Shown: positions 1 through 11,694 of the stretch, piece by piece
How positions within the stretch are numbered: the stretch's first letter is position 1
Layout of the letters: each line of letters opens with the position of its first letter
Source of the DNA: Utricularia gibba
Lineage: Eukaryota; Plantae; Magnoliophyta
DNA length: 64,000 nucleotides
Assembly: GCA_002189035.1 (NCBI GenBank)
Contig: NEEC01000018.1
Location: 868,001 to 932,000 of the forward strand
Direction of reading: 5' to 3'
Notes under the pieces: model-generated
The model's database searches: none
The model's input: the letters and a program-made list of their open reading frames with translations, nothing else
Told to the model about the DNA's origin: nothing
Program-made: the position numbers and the translations under genes

Positions 1-547
1 TTTCTATTTCTACAATAAAATTCTCGAAAATATTTTTCACCTTACGCTTGGGTTTGTTTGAAAAGATCATCATAAACCCAACAATTCCCTAAACAATCTT
101 CTTTAATTTTTATCGGAGATGACCATTCCTCTCGACGACGAAATAATTGCTGGCTTTTGTTTCCTCAGTTTCTTCTCTCTTTCTCCATTGGATGCAAATA
201 TAAAACAAGGAAGGAGCTGTTTCACATGGGCTTCTGGGCAATAAGGGTTTAGAATAAACAGAGGTCCATTTTGGCAATAAATTTCAAGTATTTTTTATAG
301 TTAGAACAGATTTTTGGGTTTGCTTTGAAGATTTATCAATTGGGTTTTCTTTTGGAATGATTGTTGAGAAAATTGTAGTCAATTTTCATTGGTTTCTCAT
401 TTTTTTTGGATGTTTCTTTATTAAAGAAGTGCAAACATGTTGATGAAAGTGATGCCTACGAATGAATTTGTGGAGCTACTGTGTTATTTTTTTTATTCTC
501 ATTATGAATTTTTTTGTTTCAATTCTCATTATGATAGTGCAAATATC

Positions 548-1972
548 ATGAATGCAAGCAATCAAAAAAGAAAGAAAAGTGTTCTTGGTGGCAGAACTTC
601 CACCGTTTCCACAGGCATAAAAGAAAATTTTGATTGGCATGATGCTAGAGCATAGAAATGTATTTGAAACTTGCCCTAGGGGAAGTGAAAAAGGAAAATA
701 TACGAAATACATCATTTAATATAGAAGGATGGGAGAACCTTTAAAAAGGAATGAATACAGCACAAAATTATCAATTTGACATGATTCAGATCAAGAACAA
801 GTGGAATACTCTTCGAAAATACTAAGGTTGGTATAGAGGATTGACCAAAATGACTGGGATAGGTTGGGGTGATGACGGTTGTACTATCAAGATGGATGCT
901 GAGTGGTGGTATCTTCGTATTCAGGTTATTATGATTTTTTGTTGATCATTACTATCATTATTTTTATGAGTTTTGTTTTTAATAGCATACGGTTTCTTTG
1001 AGTATTGCTGGTTTTATTTATTTTTTTTTTTATTGATTTGTTTTGTTTGCTGATGATTTTGCATTCAATATTTATTGTTCTCTTTTTTTTTGCTCTAACA
1101 TTGCGAGTGGTTGGGCTTTCAAAGAATGCTGAAGCAATAAACTTGTATTTCCATTGAGGCTTCCTTTATTTCCCATTTTTTGCAACGATATGAATGTTTG
1201 TTTGTTTTCCATTTCTTGCATTAATGATAGAATTAATGGTGGATATTATATAACGGATGCTTATTATTGTAGTTATATTTTGTTTTGCTTTATTTGTTCA
1301 TTTATTTTCTATTATTCATGATATTATTTTGTTCATATAGGAAAATGCTCTTAATGCAAAATTCAAGGATATGCCTCTAATGTTTGCAGAATTATTGCAA
1401 AAGTTATTTGACCCTATTGTTGGGCATGCACCTGTTATGTTCCTAATGGTGGTTTGCAACAAAATAATTCAGAATCTGAAGAATTTGATGGTGAGAATGC
1501 ACCAACTATGAGTTTGAATGATATGGATCATATGGAGCTGCCTCAAAATGAAGACAGACAAGATCAATAATCTGCATGGACTCAAAAGCGAGCTAAGGTA
1601 AACCGCAGAAATAGTGATCGTATAGCTGCTTCTTCAGAAAGATGGGCAAAAGCTTCTGAGGCAATATCATCAGTGGTAATGAGAAAGGAAAAATTCTCTA
1701 TCGAAAATTGCATGAAGGTTTTGAATTCCACTGATAGTGTTATTGAAGGTAATGATGTGTGGCTCAAAGCTTTGGACTTGATTAAGAGTAATTCAAACCA
1801 AGAGATTTTTATGATGATCAAAAGTGATGAGGCACGTTTGCAATGGATAATGCATAGCTCATCAAGGCTTGATGGTGCTTCATCTGGAGCTTCATCTGGA
1901 GCTTCACCTGCATCTAATGGTAGGATGGGATATGACACTGATAGCTTTTATAATGATTCACTTTTTCATTAA
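548..1972 (+). pseudogene. Harbinger-associated Myb/SANT-like DNA-binding protein, disrupted
   Basis: Manual translation from 658: MYLKLALGEVKKENIRNTSFNIEGWENL*KGMNTAQNYQFDMIQIKNKWNTLRKY*GWYRGLTKMTGIGWGDDGCTIKMDAEWWYLRIQ, a Myb_DNA-bind_3-like pattern. Intron 925-1340 (GT..AG), then ENALNAKFKDMPLMFAELLQKLFD. In-frame stops and frameshifts are present. Confidence 0.85.
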
Positions 1973-2159
1973 TGAGTATGAGACTTTGTAGCAGTGTAAC
2001 ATTAATGTAGCTTTTCCTTTATCACTTTTGTGTCATTTTCATGTTAGAGTGATGTACCCTTTACTTGTGTTACACATCACTTGCTTCACGTGACTCTCTA
2101 GAGAGTTGTATTTCCCTCTATTTAAATGGAATTCTTGGCCTCAAGTGAAGGAAGTGAGC

Positions 2160-3481
2160 ATGATGAATCAATCATCATCCTCAACAAGCCACTCGTCATC
2201 CTCCATAAAAGAAGATAGTGATGAGGAATTATCTCAGTTGCAGATGTCAATGCTTGCTAGTGGAAGGGAATTCTTCGATATTGTGGGTAACTACCATCAA
2301 CAATATCTGGTACGACAACCTGTCCATGATCGTTCAATATCAGGCTGGGCATTATTATTGACAATGTTAAATGGGGTAGACATCAGGGCATACCAAGACT
2401 TATGCATGAAGCCTTCAGTCTTTCTTAGATTTTGCAACGTGTTAGTTGATGAGTATGGCTTGAAAAAGCGACGTCATGTTACTGTAGAAGAAGAAGTTGC
2501 TATATTTTTGAAGATTATTGGAACTCGAATGGGGAATCGAAGTTTACAAGAGTTTTTTCAACGTGGCGAGACACTATTAGCACTTCACTGCATAATGTTT
2601 TAAAAGCTTGTTGTCGAATGACAGATACATGGATTAAGCCTACGAAGGATTATACACAGGTATCAACTTACATTAGAAACAAACTCGATATTATCCTTAT
2701 TTCAAGGGATGTGTTGGTGCAATCGATGCTGCCCATATAAAAGCTTGTGTGCCTGCGGATGAAAGAGTTCGTTATATTGGACGAAAAGGTGTTCCTAAAC
2801 AAAATATTCTAGCAGCATGTGATTTCAATTTATCCTTCACTTTTGTTGCTGCTGATTACGAAGGTACTTGGCATGATAGTAGAATGTTGATAGAGTGTCT
2901 ACGAAATATTGAAGACAATTTTCCCAAACCGCTTCCAGGTTTCTTTTATTGTCTGATTTATTTTGTCTATAGATACATTTATCAATTATTTTTTAAAAAA
3001 ATTGAATATCTACAAAGAATTATTATTTGGTTGACGCTGGCTTTGTCAATACTAATGGTTATATGGCTCCATATCCCCGTACACGATATCACCTCCCTAA
3101 ATGGCAACGTGCAAGGCGTATCTACAATAGACCAGAAGAGTTATTCAACCATAGGCATTCAGCATTACGTTCTATTATTGAAAGAGCATTCGGAGTTTGG
3201 AAGAAGCGTTTTCATATACTGAATGACATGCCATGCAATTTGAAATTACATCATCAAGTTCGATTAGTTGTAGCAACTATGACTATTTTCTCCGCCAAGT
3301 TAGTGCCGAAGATGATGGATCTGAGTTGAGTGTCTATGAAGATCTTAATCCATTGCTTGCAGGTGATGATGATGATCCCATTGAAGACAATGCTACTGAA
3401 TTAGAAGAATCTAGTTCAATGATGACAATTAGAGACAGGATACGTGATCAACTGTGGAGAAATCATACTAGGAGTATTTAG
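2160..3481 (+). pseudogene. PIF/Harbinger (HARBI1-like, DDE_Tnp_4) transposase, frameshifted
   Basis: Motifs spread over several frames: VTVEEEVAIFL, RYYPYFKGCVGAIDAAHI, NILAACDFNLSFTFVAADYEGTWHDSRML, YYLVDAGF, FNHRHSALRSIIERAFGVWKKRFHIL. Frameshifts near 2575, 2685 and 3290; the LHNF motif is lost. Probable intron starting at 2939. Confidence 0.9.
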
Positions 3482-4167
3482 TTGAGTTTGGTTTGTGTTT
3501 TACTATATTGAGTTTTGTTATCTAATTATATATGTTTATCTCATTATGAACTTTATTATTAATTACTATTTGTACTCTTCAAAAATAATTTTTCCAGAAA
3601 ACTATCACATTTGAAAAATATTTCTCTATCAAGTATTGTAATTTTTTCAGAACACATCATTTCTGTTTTTAATTCTTCAAAAAAAATTTATTTCTATTTT
3701 TTATTTTTCCAAAAGTGAAAACAACATCCAAAAATTTTCCAAAACACACACCTTAAAGAGTTGATTACTTTTACTTTTTATTTTTACTTTTCAAAAATAA
3801 ATTTGAATAAGTAAAACCAGCTTTCAAAAATTTTCCAGAACACTGTTATAAACTCTTCTTAATCTAGGATTCAGCGATGGGGACTTCATAACTAACGGTT
3901 ATTTTAGTGGGATCTTTGGCATGAGGCCATCTAAACGTGGGCTTGACTGATTTGACCATCAAGAGGACCGCCCCCACAGTGGCTAGTAGTTTACAAAGAT
4001 TGTCAATTGTATTTTTACTTTATTTGAAAATAAAACTTCCATAAAATAAACTCAATTTTTTTCAAATTTTTAATTTTTATGTAAATAAGGTATTAAGAGG
4101 TTTGAACCCAAGCCCAACTCAACGTGATACGGTTTTTTGAAGCCTAAAGTGAACCAGTTTCCTGGAG

Positions 4168-4175
4168 TATAAATA
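4168..4175 (+). promoter_or_regulatory. TATA box of a putative non-coding (snoRNA host) Pol II transcription unit
   Basis: TATAAATA, with a site II-like AGCCCA motif upstream (~4112) and a GC-rich leader downstream; no credible protein ORF follows. Confidence 0.45.
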
Positions 4176-4410
4176 GAGCTTGGGTATCCCCGGCGCCGGC
4201 GATTACGTGGCTCCACCCAGAAGTGTTTCTAGACCTCGTCTCCGCGAAAGATGTGTTCTTGTCCAGTGTTTCATTCTTCCGTGCTTCTGTAAAAATTGTG
4301 TTCCTGTTCTTTTTTGTTTCGTTTTTGGTTCTGTAAAAATCGGTTTTTGCTCGATTTCTCCTTGGCTGAATCTTCAGGTTTTGCGTTTGCTGTAATTATA
4401 TTGAGAGATT

Positions 4411-4499
4411 GGAAGCGATGATTATAAATAATTCCTCGTTCTGAACGCTGCGGCTTCAGCTTGACAGACTACTCTTACACCCATAGAATATGAGCTTCC
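4411..4499 (+). ncRNA. Box C/D snoRNA with two 18S rRNA guides (snoR8-like)
   Basis: Terminal stem GGAAGC (4411-4416)/GCTTCC (4494-4499); C-like box GCGATGA (4415-4421); D' box CTGA (4441-4444) preceded by AATTCCTCGTT, complementary to 18S AACGAGGAAUU; D-like box ATGA (4490-4493) preceded by CACCCATAGAAT, complementary to plant 18S AUUCUAUGGGUG. The 18S sequences and family name are recalled, not searched. Confidence 0.85.
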
Positions 4500-5153
4500 A
4501 CATTTCTTTGTTACTCTTGTTGCTTTTGTTGTTGTTTTTTTTTCTTTTTTTTTTTTTACGGATTTCGCATCGCTTTCCTTGAATAAGAGAGTCACATTAG
4601 TTGAAATTTTCTCCCTTTTATTCCGGTTGTTCCAAGGAGGTGGCCTTAGATAAATGCAGCGGACTATTATGGTGCTTGTCTGCATACTTTTTGCCTCTCC
4701 TTACATTGATGTTGTGGTGAATAAAGCCTTCATTCGACTCTTTCCCATAAATGAAGGTTACGCACACCTCCCCATTTCTGATTCTTTTGAAATTTGGTTG
4801 GTTGTTGCCATTAGCTTTGTTAGAATGTGGTCATCTGCTGTGTTGTATGGTGCAGATGTTGAATAAGAAGACTGTTTGGGAATTTGGTTATGTTGATTGT
4901 TGCATGGATGAATCCAGTTTCAGATGGCGTAACAATTATATCCTCACTGAGAAGCGTATGCTGAATAGAATTTTGTTTCTCTGTAATACTTCATCATAGT
5001 TAATAAACAGCAAGATAGAGAATTGTTGACATGAAGCTTAGTCAAACCACAGAAATGAAAATCACAAGACTACAAAGAGCAACCGCAGAGGTTTGGATAG
5101 ATTACCTCAAGAGTAGAAAGGGCTGAACAAATCAACAAATAAAAGTTGTGGGT

Positions 5154-7228
5154 TCAAGGGGTGGGCAAAGATGGATTCATCATCCCAGGAACGATGCCAT
5201 TGCTAAGGCCAGCTCCATCAGGTGTCTTGGTACTTTTGGCTCTGGGGCTGCTTCCGGCGCTGCTGTTTGATAGTGAAACTAAGGCACCCCTCTGAAGGAC
5301 ACCTGTTGGGGATGCAGCCAAGTGTGGGCTGTTGTCCCTGTTGTGCTTCATGTCCAGCGAATAGGAGGGCGTGCTGTGCAGAACTTCTCCTAGAGGTCCT
5401 GCAATGGAGGGCTCCCATGATATGGGAACCCAGCTGGCTGCCTGTCTCTGATGGTGGTCAGCAGCAGTGGTTCCAATACACAACCCCATTTCCAGTTCTT
5501 GCGGTGATCTTTGAAGCTTTGAGCTTGTTGGAGATAAAGCAGAATGCAGGAAGTCAGACCCTACTGTCACAGGGATGGAAATGGAAAGCTGAGTTCTGTC
5601 AGAGTAATCTTTTGGCCAGACATCCATGAAATGCCTCAAGGAGTGATTCTCCAACTTGTTTCCTTGATCATCGACGATGTCTGAATCTCCAAACTTTTTG
5701 CAATGGATGAGGGATGAGCTCTGGTCCAATGGGTTGACCAAAGAATCGGAGGAGACTAAACCGAATTCCTGAAATGGATTCTGCTGCCTGCAGTTGGAAT
5801 AACTTTTGTCGTTATCGGGCACACTCCTGTGAAGATAGATGAAATAGTCATCAGCAACCACCGTACTGTTAAAGTTTCAAATGAATGGAGAAGCATGATT
5901 AACCTATTGAAATTGGACAAGGCATGTGTATCAGAATCAGGCTGCTGCTGCTGCAAGTTGCTGTGTTGATGGGGATGAGAGAGGCTCAAGGTGGACGCCG
6001 TGCCGGGGGCCATTGCAGTAGCTGGAGAGGTGGAAGCAACCGGTGTCGCCGGTTTCTTAGTAATGGTGGTGGCTCCAGAAGCAGCACGGCCAGATTGGCC
6101 TTCCACAGGCTTTCTTGAACGATGACGACCTCGGTTCATATGCCGCTCGCAGTACTTCTGATCAACTACGGCTTCTCTTGAGCACCGCCACTTTTTTCCA
6201 TCTGTTCTCCGGCACCGTCCTGGCTCCGGATCGGAACTAGAGAATCCTATTTGGAATGCTCCCCATCCCACTGAACCAAGTAATCCAAAGCTTAACAGTG
6301 AAGTGACCGCAAGAGTAATTAACTGATGCAAATGCCATAAAACTTACAGGGATTTGATCTCTGGGAAGAGAAGGTGGAGAAGCCAGCGGATTCAAAGGCT
6401 TTCCTGATGGGATTGAGAAGGTAGGAAGGAATAGGCACATTTGAAGTGATGTATTTATAGATCAAAGCCTGATGCTCCAACTCCATCCACTGAGAAGGAG
6501 TAAAAGGCAGTTTGAAACCAGAAAGTGTTCCAGCAGAGTAGTTCATCCCTGTGGAGGAACCAAATCAAATCCTGAAACAGTGAGTGACACAGTAGCCATA
6601 TCCAAAGTTCTAAAGCGTGTTCTCAAAAATGTGAAAGAAAGTGAAGAGCCAAAAAGGAGGATCCACAAAGACCTCAAAAGAACAAACTTAGCCACATGAC
6701 AAGACAAATCCTAGCAATGGAAGCAAATCTAAACATAAAAAGGCAACACAGTTGAAGTTGTCTTGCAACAAGAAGATAACTTTTATCATGCGAATGCTCA
6801 GGCCCTACAATTGCACCCCCAAAAGGAGAAAGCTACTAAATTTAAAAAAAGCACGCACACACAATATACTTGTTAAGTATTAGCTTACACTGGAGCGAAC
6901 CTGTGGCTCTATTTGATGTATGGAGATAATATGGAAATGGTGGCGCGGTATGCGAGTTGGGGGAGGAGAAGCTAAGCATTTGGATATGATCCTCGGAATT
7001 GTTTCTCTGCAACACAAAACAAAAAGGGAACTTTATGGAAAAAAAAAATCGAATTTTCTATCAGCACTTAACCCTGAGTATCTACCTCATTTATTAGCTC
7101 CCCTTGTGGATTCATAAACCCAGATCCAAATCCTCCCCCTTCTCCATGAGCAGCATTGCTTGAAGCTGCTGCAGTTACAGAGGTTGAGCAAACCACCAAA
7201 CTACCGAAGCCCACATCCCCCAAATCCA
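5154..7228 (-). CDS. GRF: Growth-regulating factor (QLQ + WRC), GRF1/2-like; exon 1 is one base short
   Basis: Exons 7228-7086, 7006-6901, 6548-6348, 6270-5904, 5865-5154, all with GT-AG boundaries; exons 2-5 total 1386 nt and are in frame. QLQ: [21 protein letters not shown]: [45 protein letters not shown]-terminal TQLSISIP and GPLGEVL motifs. Exon 1 is 143 nt (144 needed). Confidence 0.95.
6101..6121 (-). promoter_or_regulatory. miR396 target site in the GRF WRC exon
   Basis: The + strand TTCCACAGGCTTTCTTGAACG corresponds to mRNA CGUUCAAGAAAGCCUGUGGAA, the canonical GRF miR396 site encoding RSRKPVE. Confidence 0.92.
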
Positions 7229-8663
7229 TAAAAATAACGAAAAGGAAAAGCAGAAACTAAGATAACCGAGAGGATAAGAGAGAATCGAAATGGAGGGCTC
7301 GCGAAGCAGGGTCATTACAGGTTGTTGTTGCAGGCAGAGGAACCATCTCTTCAGGATAAATGTGATGCGGGGGCGTGTGCGCGCGTAGTTCAGGTGAGTA
7401 AAAGAGAGAATCCAGAGCCGTGTGTGAGTGATCAGTTGGGTTCTGCTTGTCAAAAAGGAAAAATAATTGGAGAGAGACAGAGAGAAGGCGAAGAAGAGAA
7501 CTCAAGAAAGGAGAAAAACCAGCGGTGTGTGTGGGTGAGTGAGAGAGACAGTGTGTGGAGGAGCGGATGCTGTCTGAAACCCTTGTGACATAACTAACCC
7601 ATCCCATCTCCCTCCCCGCAGCATCTCCAGTTGCATTCCACTACTCCCATTTTTTTATCTTCCCCAATAAAAGAAAAACATTTTATATCATTTAAATTAA
7701 TCATTTTTTTTAAAAAAAATAGAATATATAATTCCATCCCTTCCATGTACTTAATTTCCGTAATTGCTCATTGGTGCAGAATAGGGCATCAAATAGTTTT
7801 TTGACACTTCACAAGAGATGAGCCCAAAATAGTTTGTAAACCCTATTTTGAGGTATGATTCACCTCCCAATTGGAAATTGAATTCCAAAATGGGTAAGTG
7901 AGCATATCTTGCGCTATTTCATTTGTGGCCGATGCCTGAACGGATCCATTGAAAATGAGAATATATACATAATTATTATTATTGAAATTAAGGATGTGAT
8001 ATAGCATTGAACATATATGAATCCAAATATACAATAAACATATATCGTATTAGAAAATATTTTGTTTAATCAATTATTAGTAATTTATTCACTTGAGAAT
8101 TCCATTATAATTTTTGGATGTGAGATTATTTGATTTAATAATTATCACTCTTTTACGCTCCTATCAAAGCACCTCATTTCACCATATGATAGTATGAATT
8201 ATTTCGTTCAATGGATGAACCAAATTAAAATGAAGTATCATATGTTATGTAACATTTAAAATCAAGACAATGATTAATTGGGAGAATGCCAATATCTTAT
8301 TTTTTATTTCGAAAATGGCTAAGGTTATGGCACATGCCTTTCACAATGTTTAATACTGTTACAATCTCATGCCTTTTTAATATTTTTTAATTATAAATTT
8401 GATATCCTTATTTTTCATTCAATCAAATTAACTTAATGTATTATACCATTTGAAATATGTATCCAATTTTTGTTACCAAAAGAGTATTTTGACAAGATCA
8501 TATTGTAAATCAATAACATCATTTTTAATAATCGTTTCTTGAGACAAATTTATAGAAGGCTTCACAAAGTCTTGTAAGAATTCCTGGAAAGCCCGTTCGA
8601 TGTTTGGATGCGATTAACGTGATTTTTTTCTTCTCCTGACAGAAGCCACAGGTGGAAACACTA

Positions 8664-9013
8664 GACCCGTTTGGTTTGTGGGTTTAACCAAGTTTATAAA
8701 TAGTTTTAATATTTTACCAATATTTGGTATATAGGTTATTATTGAGTTTAAATTTACCCGACAAGTTTAAATAAACCCATCAATAACCCATAATATATGG
8801 ATTTATATAAACCCACCTACGAGGTGGGTTTAAGTATACCCATGTTAATTATATTAAACACTTCTTTTCTAAACTAATACCCCAAATGCATGTAATGATA
8901 AATTCAAATAATTTTAACACACGAATCAAATAGATTTCTACATGAAACCCATGAATATGAGTTTAAAGATATCCAAATAATTTATATCACCAACCCTTCA
9001 ACCAAACAGGGCC
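8664..9013. mobile_element. Tourist-like (PIF/Harbinger-derived) MITE, about 350 bp
   Basis: Imperfect TIRs GACCCGTTTGGTT ... AACCAAACAGGGCC, AT-rich interior, TAG at both junctions. Confidence 0.6.
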
Positions 9014-9623
9014 TAGTAGTTTTGCTGCCAAATAGTTCTTCAGCTTGCTTGCTTTAACAAACATCTCCATTTCGGGCTGAAGATGAATCTCCCCAGTTGT
9101 TATTTCCCATGGGGCTGCGCCCTTGTTGATCTTGAAGCTTGCTTAGTTTCAAAAAGAAAAGATGTATTTAATCACAGACAATAAAAAAAAGTTCCAATAA
9201 GGAAATATGAAACGAGGCATGTGGCATAGTACAGTGACGTGCCCAGGGCAGTGTCTTTTGGAGCCTATCCTTTTGCAATAATAAACAATTAAAGTCTTAT
9301 TAATTCATAGAAGAAGGGCGCTCGTGACTCCTGTCTCTCCACAAAATGGACCTACTCAGACAAGCATCGGTAATGATTATATAAATCGCATACCCCAACC
9401 AATAAATAATAATGTTTTTAGTGTTCCGTACAGATACAAGAATCAGTTAACATTCATTTATTTGTGTGAGTGAATAATGACCCTCGCCTCGGCTTCCCCT
9501 CTACCGACACGACACACCGCAATCCATCTCCTGTTGCTTAAACCCATCCACTTCCTTTCAAACACAACAAAACTATAAAATAAATTAAAAAATAATCAAT
9601 TTTAAATCCACGAGGAGGACGAG

Positions 9624-9808
9624 TGTAATGCCATAACTATTGACGGTTACGTATTCCACATTGGTGAGGATGGAGAAAGGAACATGCTTAAATACAGGTG
9701 TACTCTTAATTTTTATGAAATTTTTTTCTCAAAAGAAAAGAACATAAAACTATAAAGATTGAGTGTGCAAAGCAAACAATATCATGTAAAACGAGGGTGA
9801 AGACAACA
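9624..9808 (+). mobile_element. Possible degenerate solo LTR / TRIM terminal repeat
   Basis: TG...CA ends with internal TTCCACATTGGTGAG and CAAAGCAAACAATATC, resembling short copia/TRIM LTR motifs; no matching target-site duplication. Confidence 0.3.
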
Positions 9809-10835
9809 ATTGTCTACATTTAAAAAAATCTTATATTGATAATATTGTATGTTTGATAAATTAGTTTCATGATACATTGAGTGTTTTATTAAACAATATA
9901 ATTTAAACAGATTAATCAAATATAATATTAATATTCAAAAGCATACAAATATGAAACAAATTCTAATCTTAACGATATAATACATGTTTATTTAAATATA
10001 AATAACTCGAATATATTAGTAATTATATTATCCTAACAAACACACCATTACAATTTTTGGGTAGGTTATATTTTCAAATCATGAAACTAAATTTAAATAG
10101 ATGTGTATTTAAACTAATATTTTAAAAATCATAGTTTAATTACAATCGAATCATTTGAAAATATAAAAAATTAAAAAAAACGAGTAATTCAATCACGATT
10201 TGAACGACAATTAATCCATTCGAACTATTGACCAACCCCATCCGTTCACGTTTTTTTTTTCTTTTTACATTTAAAAACATAGGTTTAAACACACGACATC
10301 AGCAAATTATCAAGAATGAAGTGGCATTTTGAGAATTCTACGTATGGATCGGGTCGGGTTGACATGACACCTCATGAAAAAGATACAACAGACAGCTGTA
10401 CTTTGTATGCCACGTCAGGTCGTGTCTATGTCCAATGTTTTCATCAACTCATTTTTCGGCTTACTAATTACTTTTAATAAAAGTATGATTATTATAAAAA
10501 CATGACTTAATATTAAAAAACACATAAAATAAAATGTATATCCTCCCAAGTTCATACCTCAGCCTTAGATTTTATTTGAAACAATTTATGTTTTAAAATA
10601 ATTTTATTATTCAAATACGAGTAATTTATATTATAAAAAAACTTTAAAATATTTCTCCCTTTTAACAAGAAAAAATCTCTTCTTCTAATTTTCAAAAAAT
10701 ATTTCTCGACAAATTAGTATTAATAAGTTGTATCTTTCAAATCGTTTCGAAACAGGCTTTGAGCAGATGAAGTACGCACACCCCCTATTTTAATTGAATT
10801 ATTTTTGTATTAAATAAAAATATTTAGGTGAGGTG

Positions 10836-10966
10836 TCCGTCCGGATGGAGCTGGGGACACTTGGGGTTGGGAACCCGTGTCCTGGTTCTGTGCATTTCTC
10901 TTCTACGCCATTGGTTCACCTCCTCTGGTTTCCTCTCTTTATTGCAATGTCTTCCATCCGTACGGA
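10836..10966. repeat. Small element bounded by 14-bp inverted repeats
   Basis: TCCGTCCGGATGGA (10836-10849) and TCCATCCGTACGGA (10953-10966) are 13/14 reverse-complementary. Confidence 0.5.
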
Positions 10967-11107
10967 TTCCATTTTAAAAGCCAATAAAAACAATTAATAT
11001 TCATTTTTTAAATGATATGTTTGACCGGTCAACACGGATCTTGCTGTCATCTTTATCAAGTTGCCACTAAGAAATCTCGTGACGATTTCGATTTCTCGTG
11101 TCACGCA

Positions 11108-11199
11108 CCACGTGGCGGCAACAACATGAACCCCCACATTTTTAAATCATATGCATTATTAAATGACCATGCCACCCTCACGTGACCTGTTGCCACGTG
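11108..11199. promoter_or_regulatory. G-box (CACGTG) cluster
   Basis: Three CACGTG hexamers (11109, 11179, 11194) in about 90 bp, followed by GGCCCA/AGCCCA site II motifs, forming a GC island in AT-rich DNA. Confidence 0.4.
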
Positions 11200-11694
11200 C
11201 CATCGCAATTGTGTACCAAGTACCCCCGAATGCACGCAACGGGCCCAGCCCAAGAAGGAAAAAAAAAAATAAAAGCACTTTGGTGAGCCCAACGTGTTTC
11301 GCCATTCTTTTTTTTCATTAAAAAATATGCTTTTAAATAATTTATTTTTTTGAAATGAGTTTTTTAAACATTTATTTTCAAATAATTAATTTTTCAAACG
11401 TTTTTTTTATATGATATAAGTGGTATTCAAAAGTTTAATCAACAAGAATAAATCAAATATTTAGAAAAATAAATCAAATTATTTTGAAAAAAATCTTTAG
11501 AAAATAACAATAAATTATTATTCTTTAAAAATAATGACATATTTTTAAATGTAAAAGGAAGATATACTTTTGATCATATTTTATAAATATTATCCAATAA
11601 TAAATATACACATAAAATATCATATCATTCATATTGATTAATAAAATATAATTATTTTTTAAGAAAACCATAAAAAAATAATGACTTGTAGCAC

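Larger units (their letters stand above)
1..3752 (+). mobile_element. Defective PIF/Harbinger DNA transposon (left end probably upstream of the window)
   Basis: Myb/SANT-like ORF (548-1972) followed on the same strand by a Harbinger-type DDE transposase (2160-3481). The candidate right terminus CCAAAACACACACC (3739-3752) is followed by TTA, matching PIF/Tourist ends and 3-bp TTA/TAA target sites. No matching left TIR seen in the window. Confidence 0.8.

Noticed and set aside
3756-3858. A 100-bp nested MITE right of the Harbinger end (AAGAGTTGAT/ATAAACTCTT)
   Set aside because: The inverted repeat is short and offset by one base relative to the TTA flanks; it may just be subterminal sequence.
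4560-4770. Specific H/ACA snoRNA calls
   Set aside because: Hairpin lengths and pocket-to-box distances did not fit the 14-16 nt rule and no target could be assigned; kept only as an unresolved candidate region.
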